Assembly (NCBI GenBank): GCA_040766645.1
Contig: JAXGQA010000001.1
Coordinates: 106,136 to 170,135 of the forward strand
Origin: Christensenellales bacterium
GTDB taxonomy: Bacteria > Bacillota > Clostridia > Christensenellales > UBA1431
Direction: 5' to 3'
DNA: 64,000 bases
Below are positions 30,030 to 39,919 of this stretch, one piece after another. Position 1 is the first letter of the stretch; every line of letters begins with the position of its first letter. The position numbers and the translations under genes were made by a program. Below the pieces are notes generated by a model, which made no database searches, was not told the origin of the DNA, and saw nothing but the letters and a program-made list of their open reading frames with translations.

Positions 30030-31025
30030 ATGAAAAGAATCTGCATTATCACACTATGTCTGTTGATCCTGCCAGCGCTGGTCATCGGCTGCACCACGTC
30101 CGAGCCCGAACCCACCGGTACCCTGGCCCCCCCGACGCCGACCCCCACGCCCGGCCCCGTGTCCTATACCACCGGCCTTGCGGGGAGTGACCTCTACAGG
30201 CCCGTCGCCGTATCCATCGACAATTCCTCCGCCGCGCGGCCCCAGTCCGGGCTGCAGTCTGCCGACATCGTGTACGAGGTGGAGGCGGAAGGCGGCATCC
30301 CCCGTTTTATCGCCATCTTCAACGATACCATGCCCGACCGGGTCGGGCCGATACGCAGCGCGCGCGTTTACTTCCTCGACATCGTCAAGGAATACGACGC
30401 GCTTCTCGTGCATGTTGGCGGTCCCCGGGTCCGGAACAGCTCCAACGTGTACGCCGCATTCAGCCAGCTGGATATCCAGCATATCGACGGCGACGGCCAA
30501 TACATCTGGCGGGACCATTCGCGCAGCGCGCCGCACAACTGCTACACCGACGTTGCGGCCGACCGCACCGCATATACATACGAACCCGAGCCGCGCACCT
30601 TCCTCTATTCCGATGATGGCCCGGCATCGGCCGCCGAAAGCGGGACCCGGCTGTCCGTTTCCTACAACAGCGGCGCGTACAGGGCCGTGTACACCTACGA
30701 CGAGGCGCTGGACGCCTACCTGTGTTCCTATGGCGCCAACGCGCTGAACGACGCCAACACGGGCGAGCAGGTCCGCGTAAAAAACGTCATCGTACAGTTC
30801 GCCCGGCATTACAAGCTGGATTCCCAGCACATCAACATCGACCTCACCGGCACGGGCGACGCCTATATTTTGAGCGGCGGCAAGTTGGTGCGAGGCACGT
30901 GGGAGCGCGACAGCATCAGCCAACACACCGTCTTTAAGGATGCCGGGGGCAACGAGATAGCGCTCACGCCCGGCAACACGTGGATAAACGTGGTGCGCCC
31001 CAGCCGGGACGTCACCGTGGAATAG
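30030..31025 (+). CDS. DUF3048-family lipoprotein (YerB-like)
   Basis: Lipobox MKRICIITLCLLILPALVIGC, a Pro/Thr linker, then PVAVSIDNSSAARPQSGLQSADIVYEVEAEGGIPRFIAIF. Confidence 0.8.
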   Translation: MKRICIITLCLLILPALVIGCTTSEPEPTGTLAPPTPTPTPGPVSYTTGLAGSDLYRPVAVSIDNSSAARPQSGLQSADIVYEVEAEGGIPRFIAIFNDTMPDRVGPIRSARVYFLDIVKEYDALLVHVGGPRVRNSSNVYAAFSQLDIQHIDGDGQYIWRDHSRSAPHNCYTDVAADRTAYTYEPEPRTFLYSDDGPASAAESGTRLSVSYNSGAYRAVYTYDEALDAYLCSYGANALNDANTGEQVRVKNVIVQFARHYKLDSQHINIDLTGTGDAYILSGGKLVRGTWERDSISQHTVFKDAGGNEIALTPGNTWINVVRPSRDVTVE

Positions 31026-31083
31026 GCCTTTTCAGATATGCACAAAAAGCCCTGCCCAAGGTAAGCCTCACATAGGGATTTCA

Positions 31084-31121
31084 GAAAACCTCTGCTTCGA
31101 AGTTCGGGGCGGAGGTTTTTC
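31084..31121 (+). terminator. Probable terminator after the DUF3048 gene
   Basis: Stem aaaacctc/gaggtttt with a T-run. Confidence 0.55.
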
Positions 31122-31392
31122 GTCAACAAGGAAGCGGCTCGAGCGAGGAAGGCGCGTGGGTATATAGGTTCCCGAGGCTTTGTGGGAAAAGGAGCTGATG
31201 CAGCGTCTGAGACTTCCCCATGCGGAGCAAGTCGAAAAACGCTAAGTCCATGGCGACGAGGTAACTGACCAGCAAACGAACGAGCCGCCTCACCCGCCGG
31301 CCGATTCGCTGCTGTGTTGGCGTCCGAAGCAGTGCATGGGACGATATTGGCAGGCCCGGACACGCTTCGTATCCTCCTCACAGCAGTCTGAA

Positions 31393-32211
31393 CTAAAGCC
31401 CCCACTTTTTGCGGAGGACATCCAGTCCCCCGGTTTCCTCAAGCGCCTTGAGGGTCTGCTGCACGCGGTCCATCAGCTCTGCGTCCTCCTTCAGCGCGAC
31501 CACGCGCAGGTCCTGCGGCGCGAAGCGGTCCAAGGATACGCCAAAGCCTTCCGGAAGGTACTTGAACAATACGAGAGTGTCCTCGGCGAACGCGCTGACC
31601 ACGCCTTTTTTCAGCGCCTCCACCGCTTCGGGGTAGGACGCGTACTCGTAGACCTCCAGTGTCAGCTTGCGGGCCTTCACTTCCTGGACGAACGCGTCCT
31701 GCGCGTCCGAGCCGTATATGCACGCCACCTTTTTGCCGCTGATGTCCTCCAGCGACATGTTCTCCCCGCCTCTGGCCATAAAGCCCACGGCGTCGGTGAA
31801 ATACGGGTCCGAGAAGATATATTCGTCCTGATCAAATTCCGCGCTGGTGGAGCGGCATAAAAGCAGATCCACCTCGCCGTTATCCAGCGCGTACGCCTTG
31901 GTCCTGGAGTCGTAGGGGATAAGGTCGGGCATGCCGGCAGACCCGAAGATGTTTTTCGCTATCTGCTGGGCCAGGTCGGCTTCCAGCCCGGTTATTTTGC
32001 CGTTTTTCTCGGTGCCCAGCTTAGGCATATCCCCGCACACGCCCACCAGCAGCACGCCGCGCTCGAGAAGCGCGTCAAAGCGCGATTGGTGGGCCTCCTG
32101 CGCGGGCGCGCCGAAAAAGACGATGAGCAGCACCAGCACGATGACGCCGATAAGTATCCTGACGCCGATCTTGAACAGCTTCAGAAAATCCAGTCTTTTA
32201 AAGTCTATCAT
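31393..32211 (-). CDS. Amino-acid ABC transporter substrate-binding protein (family 3)
   Basis: N-terminal membrane anchor, LLVGVCGDMP...G.ITG.EADLAQ.IA, and periplasmic binding fold-like periodicity. Confidence 0.8.
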   Translation of the reverse strand: MIDFKRLDFLKLFKIGVRILIGVIVLVLLIVFFGAPAQEAHQSRFDALLERGVLLVGVCGDMPKLGTEKNGKITGLEADLAQQIAKNIFGSAGMPDLIPYDSRTKAYALDNGEVDLLLCRSTSAEFDQDEYIFSDPYFTDAVGFMARGGENMSLEDISGKKVACIYGSDAQDAFVQEVKARKLTLEVYEYASYPEAVEALKKGVVSAFAEDTLVLFKYLPEGFGVSLDRFAPQDLRVVALKEDAELMDRVQQTLKALEETGGLDVLRKKWGL

Positions 32212-32274
32212 TTGTCCCTTCCGTGTTGAGTGACATTATAGCATCATTTGCGGCCTTTTTCCACGGCGGGCGTC

Positions 32275-32317
32275 CCAAAAGCAGCGCCGGCCCCGTTCCA
32301 GCAAACACGGGGCCGGC
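32275..32317 (-). terminator. Rho-independent terminator after glpK
   Basis: Perfect 10-bp stem gccggccccg/cggggccggc followed by gctgctttt on the minus strand. Confidence 0.7.
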
Positions 32318-32454
32318 ACAGCATTCTTCAGCAGAAGGACCGCACGCTTCCGTTCGCCTTTCGGCACGCGCGTTCCGTTACCCTTTCCGGGCGTTCCGCC
32401 AACCGAATACTTCTGTACTCTATGCTGTTTTCAGCAAAAGTTGAACGCTTTTTC

Positions 32455-33964
32455 TCACGGCTTGGTCTTGTCGGCCCAATCCTTCGCACGGGAGACCGCA
32501 CGCAACCACTGCGCGTAGCGGGACTCGCGCTCGTCTTCGCTCATCTTGGGCTCGAAGGTGCGATCCAGCTTCCAGAACTTGGTCACTTCGTCCAGCGTCC
32601 AGAATCCGACCGCGATACCGCCGGCATAGGCAGCGCCCAGCGCCGTCATCTCGATCTGGGTGGGCCTGTTGAGCGGGAAGCCGAACATATCGGCCTGGAA
32701 CTGCATCAGGAAGTCGCTCTGGCAGGCGCCGCCGTCCACGTTCAGGGAGGCAAGCTTCTTGCCGAGGGCCTTTTCCGTCGAGCGCACGCAGTCGGTCATG
32801 GAGAACGCGATGCCCTCGAGGGCCGCACGGATGATGTGGGCCTGGGTCACGCCGCCGGTGATACCGACGAAGATGGTGCGTGCATAGGGATCGATCCAGG
32901 GGGAGAACAGGCCGTTGTTGGCCGGCACGATGTAAACGTCCTTGGTGTCGGGCACGGACTCGGCGATCGGGCCGCTCTCAGGCGCGGAGGGCAGGATCTT
33001 GAGGCCGTCGCGCAGCCACTGGATCATGGTGCCGCAGTTGAAGGTAACCGCTTCCTGCAGATAGGTCGGCTTGCCGTCGAGCACCCAGCCCAGGGTGGTG
33101 GGGATGCCGTAGTCGTTGAGGACCATCTTGTCGCCGATGTTGATGTCGATAACGCCTGCGGTGCCGTAGGTGCACTTACCGGTCAGAGGATCGAACGCCG
33201 TCTGGCCGAAGGTGCCCGCCTGCTGGTCGCCGAAGCCCCCACCGAAGGGGATCTCAACGCCGCCGGTCATGTCGGGATGCGTGTAGCCGAGAATGCCGAT
33301 GTTCTCCACGACCTTGGGCAGATGAAGCTTCTCGGGGATGCCATACATCTCGAGGAGTTCCTTGTCCCATTCGAGGGTGTTGATGTTATACATCATCGAG
33401 CGCGCCGCGTTGGAGGCGTCCTCAGCATGGACGTTGCCCTTGGAAAGGTTCCAGTACAGCCAGGAGTCGATGTTGCCGAAGCACACGTTGCCCTTCTCGA
33501 CTTCTTCCATCACGCCGGGGACGTTCTGCAGAATCCAGACGACCTTGGAGGCCGAGAAGTAGGCGTCCACATTCAGGCCGGTCTTCTGCTGGACGATGGG
33601 GCCATAGCCCTTGGCGATCCACTCGTCGCAGATGGGGGTGGACTGGCGGCTTTGCCAGATGATGGAGTTATACACGGGTTTGCCGGTGTCCTTATACCAC
33701 AGGACGGCGGTTTCACGCTGGTCGGTTATGCCGATGCCGGCGATCTCCTCGAACTTGATGTTGGCCTTGGCCATGGCGTTCTGCATGCACTCGTAAACCG
33801 AGCCGAAATCCTCGTTTGCGTCATGCTCGACCCAGCCGGGATGCGGGAAAATCTGCGTCACTTCTTTGTAGGCCAGAGAAACGAGCTCCGCGTTCTTGTC
33901 AAAGAAAAGCACGCGGGAGCCGGTTGTTCCCTGGTCAATAGCGCATGATGTACTTCTTTTCCAT
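32455..33964 (-). pseudogene. glpK: Glycerol kinase, 1-nt frame break after codon 7 as assembled
   Basis: AIDQGTTGSR, strong GlpK similarity throughout, and the C-terminus ...WLRAVSRAKDWA. AGGAGG then 7 nt then ATG GAA AAG AAG TAC ATC ATG is one nucleotide out of frame with GCT ATT GAC. Confidence 0.9.
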
Positions 33965-34242
33965 TTTCTGACCTCCTGATTTGTTTGGTATTTAATTTGG
34001 CCTCCAATCCGGATGCAGAGACCATATTGTGATTCAAAAAACACACGAAAACAAAAGCAGCTCACACAGCGTCCGCAGCTTACGCCATTATTCTCAGGAT
34101 TCTATGCGGTTATTGGGTTCCTTAATTATTTCGACCGTTGTCAAAAATCTTCTAAAGACAACGGTATTCGTTCAAATTTCCACAATTTCCGGGAGGACCA
34201 GCGCTTTATTGGTATATACATACGTACTTTAGTTTGTGCTTT

Positions 34243-34271
34243 ACTATAGCACACTCTAATTGCGTTTTCAA
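34243..34271 (-). promoter_or_regulatory. Sigma-A-type promoter with extended -10 (TTGAAA-17-TGcTATAGT), likely the glpK promoter
   Basis: On the minus strand, ttgaaa (34271-34266), a 17-nt spacer, then tatagt (34248-34243) preceded by tgc. It would give a leader of about 270 nt to the glpK ATG. Confidence 0.5.
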
Positions 34272-34653
34272 TGAGCAATTTCCAATATTTTGTATTTTGT
34301 ATAAAATGGCAGGGCGTTCGCCGGCGTTTCAAAAAAGCCGGCGCTTTTGGAGATATGCTTCAGTTTTTATCGGGAAACATCCGATAATATAGAACGTACA
34401 GCCCTTTTCGGCTTGGGAAGGCGGTTCCCGGCGAACGAACAGACGTCACCGCAGTCGTCGTACTGGTCGCCGGGCAATGCAGGGCGCCGCCGAACCGCCA
34501 GGAAAGCAACTCCGCCCAAAGCGAAGCGCACAGCAAAACACCCGGACCGAAGCCAGGCGGTCGGGATGTAATGCCGAGCGCCAAGCAAAAAAAGAGTACG
34601 GCACCTTTGGCGAAATTTGCGCGCGCCCTGCACCGCCTCTCAAAATATCAATG

Positions 34654-34688
34654 CCGCAGGTCCTTATAGGGCCTGCGGTGTGCTTTTT
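34654..34688. terminator. Stem-loop downstream of cca
   Basis: Arms ccgcaggtcc/gggcctgcgg (one mismatch). T-run on the plus side and T-rich on the minus side. Confidence 0.45.
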
Positions 34689-34733
34689 GTGAAATATCGG
34701 CCGCCAGGTTCGTTTTTATCCGTTTCCGCACCG

Positions 34734-36134
34734 TTATTGCCCCGGCAATTCCCGGTTCAGCCGCTGCGCCCGCTGCAGGAGCCGCGCTCTCGTGTTCAGG
34801 CGCGGGTCGTACACGCATTCGGTCCACAGCTTTTCCTTGATGCGGCCCACCCGTTTCCCTGGTCCGATGCCGCAGGCCTCCATGATCTCGGCGCCGGTGA
34901 TGTCCAGCGCGTCCACCGAAAGGGGCGTACCGTTTTTTTGCATGTCCACGATGATGGATCCCCATTTATGTATGAAGAAATCGGGGCGCGCCCCCGCGCG
35001 CGACCCAAGTATGTCGGCACAGCGCAGCCACAAGAGGTCGCAAGCGGCCTCCAGCCCCATGCGCGCAAAACGCAGGCGCACGGTGTTCTCCCGCGCGCTT
35101 CCGTCCAGGTCGAACATGTGGTCGGCAATAAGCGCGCAGACGCGGTCCACCAGCGCCTTTTTCAGCCGCAGGCCGTCCTGTCCCAGCATCTCCCGGGCCA
35201 GTTTGACGCTCTCCTCCGCGTGGTCGTAAAAATTGCCGTCCCGCTCGAAGGCGTGCGGCTTGCCCACGTCGTGCAGCAGCCCGGCCAGCCGCAGATGCAA
35301 AAGGGGCGGGGTGTGGCGGCAAACGTACATGTTATGGCGCAGAACATCGTGCGCGTGAAACTTGTTGGGCCGGTAATAGCCCTTTCCGCGCTCCAGGTGG
35401 GGCAGAAGATACGTGAACGCCCCCAGCTGGTTTAAAAGCTCCAGCCCGCGCAGGCAGGCGTCCCCGTCCGCCTTTTCGCGCGGGGTATACATCGCGTCGC
35501 TGAGCAGTATGCGCGAAAGCTCCCCTGCCTTGCGCTCGGGCACGATGTCCTTCAATAAACGGACATTCCTCTGCGCCGCCTGCCAGGTCTCCTCCTCGAT
35601 GGCAAACCCCAGCTCGCAGGCCAGCCGCACCATTCTGAGGATCCGCAGCGCGTCGTCATTAAGCGTCACATCCGCGGCAATGGCGCGTATGCGCCGCTTT
35701 TCGATGTCCGCGCGCCCGCCGAAGGGGTCGATGAGCTTCCCGCTGCGCACGCCCAGATACAGCGCGTTTACGGTGAAATCCCGGCGGCCGGCGTCCTGTT
35801 CCAGGGTCACGCCCTGCCGTATGCTGTCCGGCCGGTGCTGGCCCCCGGCGCCGTAGCTCTCCGACCGAAAAACAGTGTGCTCAACCACCGTCCCGTCCGG
35901 CAGGTCGACGCGCACCGTGCCCAGCGCGGCGTTGACCACCGTGGCCCGCATCCCGCTTTTGCCGTCCGCGAGGCGCACGACGTCCTCCGGCGCGAGCGAA
36001 GAGCACGCGTCGATTTCCAGCGGAGGCAGGCTGAGCAGCGTGTTGCGCACCCAGCCCCCCACGATATACAGCTCCTGCCCTGCCTCCGCAAATGCCCGCG
36101 CGAGCGGAGCGATCTCCCTGGGGCTTTTTATCAC
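34734..36134 (-). CDS. cca: CCA-adding tRNA nucleotidyltransferase with HD domain
   Basis: YIVGGWVRN, RRDFT.NA and the HD motif LLHDVGKP. The GTG start overlaps the dapF stop (GTGA). Confidence 0.85.
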   Translation of the reverse strand: MIKSPREIAPLARAFAEAGQELYIVGGWVRNTLLSLPPLEIDACSSLAPEDVVRLADGKSGMRATVVNAALGTVRVDLPDGTVVEHTVFRSESYGAGGQHRPDSIRQGVTLEQDAGRRDFTVNALYLGVRSGKLIDPFGGRADIEKRRIRAIAADVTLNDDALRILRMVRLACELGFAIEEETWQAAQRNVRLLKDIVPERKAGELSRILLSDAMYTPREKADGDACLRGLELLNQLGAFTYLLPHLERGKGYYRPNKFHAHDVLRHNMYVCRHTPPLLHLRLAGLLHDVGKPHAFERDGNFYDHAEESVKLAREMLGQDGLRLKKALVDRVCALIADHMFDLDGSARENTVRLRFARMGLEAACDLLWLRCADILGSRAGARPDFFIHKWGSIIVDMQKNGTPLSVDALDITGAEIMEACGIGPGKRVGRIKEKLWTECVYDPRLNTRARLLQRAQRLNRELPGQ

Positions 36135-36952
36135 TTCCTGTAAGTCCCTTCAAAAACGTACTCGGCCGGGCCGGTCATCAGCACAGTCCCGTCCTCGCGG
36201 TACTCTATGGTAAGCGCGCCCAGCTCCAGCGCGGCTTTTATCTTCCTGCCCGTGTGCCCCAGCGTGTACGCGGCCACGGCGCTGGCGCACGCGCCGGTCC
36301 CGCATGCCAGCGTGGCCCCCGCTCCGCGCTCCCACGTGCGCACCACGATGTTTTCGCTGTCCAGCACCTGCACGAAGTCGACGTTGGTCTTCTGCGGGAA
36401 AAGCGGGTGCGTTTCCAGCGCCGGCCCGTCCGCAAATAAATCTATTGCCTCGATGTCCTTTACGAACACGACGGCGTGGGGGACGCCCATGCGCAGCGCG
36501 CAGACGCCAAGCGTTTTGTCGTTGACCGTTATGGCCTCGTTCAGGGCCTTGGGCTCGCTCCCCGCCATGGGGATGCGCACGCGTTCGAATTCGGGCCTGC
36601 CCATCTCCACAGCCACGGCCGGGCCGGGCACCAGCGCGGGGCGGATGATGCCGGCCGGGGTCTCCACCTTCATCTCCGTCTTTTTCACAAGGCCCCGGTC
36701 ATACGCGTAGCGCGTGAGGCACCGTATCCCGTTGCCGCACATCTCGGCCTCAGAGCCGTCTCTGTTGATGATGCGCATCCGGATGTCGGCCGAATCCGAG
36801 GGGGAAACGAGTATCAGGCCGTCGGCGCCGACGCCGATGTGCCGGTCGCACATCCTCCGGGCCAGATCAAAGATATCCAGCATGCCCAGATGCACCCGCT
36901 CTATAACGATGAAGTCGTTGCCCAGGCCGTGCATCTTCGTAAACGGTATCAT
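36131..36952 (-). CDS. dapF: Diaminopimelate epimerase
   Basis: FTKMHGLGNDF, MCGNG, CGTGACA. Confidence 0.9.
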   Translation of the reverse strand: MIPFTKMHGLGNDFIVIERVHLGMLDIFDLARRMCDRHIGVGADGLILVSPSDSADIRMRIINRDGSEAEMCGNGIRCLTRYAYDRGLVKKTEMKVETPAGIIRPALVPGPAVAVEMGRPEFERVRIPMAGSEPKALNEAITVNDKTLGVCALRMGVPHAVVFVKDIEAIDLFADGPALETHPLFPQKTNVDFVQVLDSENIVVRTWERGAGATLACGTGACASAVAAYTLGHTGRKIKAALELGALTIEYREDGTVLMTGPAEYVFEGTYRK

Positions 36953-37100
36953 GCAGCCACCCCTTTTTTGGTTCGTTGTTTAAATTATACCTTTTTTGCA
37001 AAAAAAATGCATCGCTCCACTATACAAACATTCCTTTGTTCCGTATCATATTAGCAGGCAGCAAGGGCGCCCATCCTAAGGTATCGGAGAGTTTACTGAC

Positions 37101-37988
37101 ATGCTTTTTTTTATCGTCAATCCCGTTTCGGGGCACGGCCGGTCGCTCCGCATCATGGACAAGCTCTGCAAATACCTCAACGCGCAGGGCGTTGAATACA
37201 AAACGGCGTTTTCGGTGCGTCCCGGCCACATCGTGAAGATCGCGCGGGACGCGGCGGCCGCCGGATACGAAACCATCGTGGCGGTAGGGGGCGACGGCAC
37301 CATCCGCGAAGCGCTGGAGGGCATGCACGACACGGATTCCGCGCTGGGATTCATACCGGCCGGGTCGGGCAACGACTTCGTAAAATCGCTGGGCATCCCC
37401 AAAGACCCCATGGCCGCGTTAAATATAGTCCTTGCTGGGGAGCGCCGGACCATCGACGCGGGACAGATTAACCGGCGCATGTTTCTGAACTCCGCGACCA
37501 TCGGCTTTGACGCCGAGGTGGTCGCGCGCGCCCAGCGCCTCCCCGTTTTGCGAGGCTTTGCGTCGTATTTCATCGCGACCATTATCACCCTCCTCAAGCT
37601 CAGGCGCAAGCGGGTCACGCTGGAGCGCGAGGACGGCGCCGTTTCCCATCACGACGTGCTGCTGATAGCGGTGTGCAACGGCCGCTATTACGGGGGCGGG
37701 TTCAAGGTAGCCCCGGAAGCCGAGCTGGACGACGGGCTTTTCGACGTAATCCTGGCCGAGGGGTTCACCCGTCTGCGCGCGCTCAGGATGCTTCCCAAAT
37801 ACGTCAGGGGCACACACCTGAACAAGCCGGCGCGTGGGTTGTCCCACTTTCGGTGCAAAAACCTGAAACTGCGCACACACCGGCCGGTCACCGCCAACGC
37901 GGACGGCGAAATTTCAATGGAAACGGAGCTTAGCTTCGCCGTCAAACCGGGAGCGGTCCACGTCGTCGTGCCGGCGCAGGCTGGTTAA
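37101..37988 (+). CDS. Diacylglycerol/lipid kinase family protein (YegS/DagK)
   Basis: FIVNPVSG.G, GGDGTI.E, IPAGSGNDF. Confidence 0.85.
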   Translation: MLFFIVNPVSGHGRSLRIMDKLCKYLNAQGVEYKTAFSVRPGHIVKIARDAAAAGYETIVAVGGDGTIREALEGMHDTDSALGFIPAGSGNDFVKSLGIPKDPMAALNIVLAGERRTIDAGQINRRMFLNSATIGFDAEVVARAQRLPVLRGFASYFIATIITLLKLRRKRVTLEREDGAVSHHDVLLIAVCNGRYYGGGFKVAPEAELDDGLFDVILAEGFTRLRALRMLPKYVRGTHLNKPARGLSHFRCKNLKLRTHRPVTANADGEISMETELSFAVKPGAVHVVVPAQAG

Positions 37989-38038
37989 ACGGAGCGATTC
38001 GTACTATAATGGATACGGAAAGCATCGGAGGTGTTGGA

Positions 38039-39166
38039 ATGGATCGGGGACAGGCTCGCCGCAAAAAGCGCGCAGGTTCGCGCAGAACCTTCAGGTTTTC
38101 GCGCCGTATGGTCTTGATCTTTCTCATCGCCCTCGCCCTTATCGCCGGAGTGGCGTTGTTTTTGTGGCCCCGGAACGTGGACCTGGCCGCGTCGATTGTA
38201 AAGCTTCCCTTTTTGCTGGAGGACACCTACGCCACCCACGACCAGGGAATCGTATATTATAAGGACGGCGCCGTCCACGCGTTGAACACGTTGGGCGCGG
38301 AGCTGTGGGATGCCGACTGCCCCGGCCAGAGCATGAAGGTTTCCGCCTCCTCCTCTCTGATCGCCGTCTACTCCCCCTCCACAGTCAACGTTCTGGACAG
38401 CAAGGGCAAGGCTCTTTTTTCGCGTGAGTTTTTGGGGACCATCCAGCGCGTGGCCGTATCCGAATCGATGGTGTGCGTATTCAGAAAAACAACGCAAAGC
38501 TCGGACATCACCGTCCTGAATGCGTCGGGCGGGGAGGTGAACACCATCGACATGGGCGCGCAGGACGCCGTGGCTTTCGGCACCGACGATACCGCCGGGG
38601 TCTTGTGGGTCCTCGCGCTGGACACGTCGGCGTCGGTACCCGTCACCCGCCTGTCCATCTACAAAGGGGGCAGCACGATAAGTGGCCTTATCACGGTAGA
38701 CACGCATCTGGTGACCGGCGCGCTGTTTTCCGGGGACCTCGTTTACCTGCTTGGCTCGACCCACGTTCTCTGCTATGATTACAAGGGGAACCTCGTGTCG
38801 TCGCAGCTCGTTTATGGCTGGAACATAGAGGATGCCGCGATGCAGAGCGGGGGCAAACCCCTTCTGGTGCTCACCCCCGACCGGGACCAAAACACGGGAT
38901 ATTATAAATACCCGGCCGCGCGGCTTATCGCCTACGGAGACACCGAGTCGATACTGTCCCTGCCTCCCAACTGTTTCGACGTCGTTCTGGGCGCGGGCCG
39001 GATATACTGCTTCTCCTCCGACGCCGTGCACGTCTTTGGAACAGGCGGCAAATGGGAGGCGTCCTATCCGCTGGGGAAGAACGTCGACCGCGTGGGCAGG
39101 CCTTTCGGGGGCACGCACATACTGGCCTTCGCGGACAAAGCGTGCTACCTCGTCCCCCTGCCGTAG
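38039..39166 (+). CDS. Membrane-anchored hypothetical protein (DUF5711-like beta-propeller?)
   Basis: The ATG at 38039 has a GGAGGTG RBS. Basic N-terminus plus TM helix MVLIFLIALALIAGVALFL. The family assignment is tentative. Confidence 0.6.
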   Translation: MDRGQARRKKRAGSRRTFRFSRRMVLIFLIALALIAGVALFLWPRNVDLAASIVKLPFLLEDTYATHDQGIVYYKDGAVHALNTLGAELWDADCPGQSMKVSASSSLIAVYSPSTVNVLDSKGKALFSREFLGTIQRVAVSESMVCVFRKTTQSSDITVLNASGGEVNTIDMGAQDAVAFGTDDTAGVLWVLALDTSASVPVTRLSIYKGGSTISGLITVDTHLVTGALFSGDLVYLLGSTHVLCYDYKGNLVSSQLVYGWNIEDAAMQSGGKPLLVLTPDRDQNTGYYKYPAARLIAYGDTESILSLPPNCFDVVLGAGRIYCFSSDAVHVFGTGGKWEASYPLGKNVDRVGRPFGGTHILAFADKACYLVPLP

Positions 39167-39196
39167 CACGAACTGGATTGGAGGATAACCGCCGAT

Positions 39197-39898
39197 ATGA
39201 ATCTGCTGGACCTGCTGATTATCGCCATAATCGCATTCTCTGTCGTTTCGGGGGCCGTGCGCGGGTTCACTTTGACCGTGCTGCGCTTCGCCTCGTTCTT
39301 CGTTTCCGCGTTCCTCGCCTACCTTCTCTACCCCGTGCTGGCCCGGCTGCTGGGTTCGACCGTATTGAGCGCGCTGCCCATATACATCGAGGGGAGCGAA
39401 TACATAAACAACGTCGATCTTTCCCACCAGCTGGTCAGCGCTCTATCCCCGGCGCAGATAGATTCGGTCGTGCAGAACGCGAACCTCCCTGCGCCCTTTT
39501 CCACCGCGCTGCACGATAACATCGCCAACCAGTCCCTGGCCTCGCAGAACGCTGCGACGCTGGGGGACTACTTTAACATCACCATCACCAACGTGTTGCT
39601 GGGGCTTGTGTGTTTCCTCGTGCTGTTCCTTCTGTTCCGGCTGATACTGGGCATCGTGATAAACACGACCAACTATGTCACCCGCCTGCCGGTCTTAAAG
39701 CAGTTTAACGCCCTTCTGGGCGGGGCGCTCGGGCTGGTACGCGGAGTGCTGATGGTGTTCGCGCTGTTCCTTTTGGTGCCGGTGCTTACTATCGTGATGG
39801 GCGGGGACACGGTGACGCAGTACATAAACGGCTCGTTGCTTGCGCCCTTTTTCAGCAACGCCAATTTTCTCCTGTCCTTCATCGGGGGCGTATTGTGA
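39197..39898 (+). CDS. cvpA: CvpA-family membrane protein
   Basis: MNLLDLLIIAIIAFSVVSGAVRGF and four hydrophobic segments. Confidence 0.8.
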   Translation: MNLLDLLIIAIIAFSVVSGAVRGFTLTVLRFASFFVSAFLAYLLYPVLARLLGSTVLSALPIYIEGSEYINNVDLSHQLVSALSPAQIDSVVQNANLPAPFSTALHDNIANQSLASQNAATLGDYFNITITNVLLGLVCFLVLFLLFRLILGIVINTTNYVTRLPVLKQFNALLGGALGLVRGVLMVFALFLLVPVLTIVMGGDTVTQYINGSLLAPFFSNANFLLSFIGGVL

Positions 39899-39903
39899 CC
39901 TTT

Positions 39904-39919
39904 TGTTTCACGTGAAACA
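39904..39919. promoter_or_regulatory. parS site (perfect palindrome TGTTTCACGTGAAACA)
   Basis: Exact 16-bp match to the Firmicute parS consensus TGTTNCACGTGAAACA. Confidence 0.85.

Noticed and set aside
31198-31245. 15-codon ORF MQRLRLPHAEQVEKR with upstream AGGAG
   Set aside because: The SD-to-ATG spacing is only 3 nt, and there is no other support.
31260-31345. Sequence similarity between the 31.3-kb spacer and the 34.4-kb block (ggtga.g...gttcgtt.gc.gg)
   Set aside because: A hand alignment gives only about 70 percent identity over about 26 nt in GC-rich DNA, which is compatible with chance.
34400-34600. SRP RNA, tmRNA, RNase P RNA or 6S RNA in the glpK-cca spacer
   Set aside because: Only a chance-level 9-mer (cgggatgta) resembles 4.5S RNA. 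The helix-8 GGAAGCAGC motif, the tmRNA GGTTCGA.TCC T-arm with CCA end, and the RNase P GAGGAAAGTCC motif are all absent. It is kept only as an unassigned candidate.
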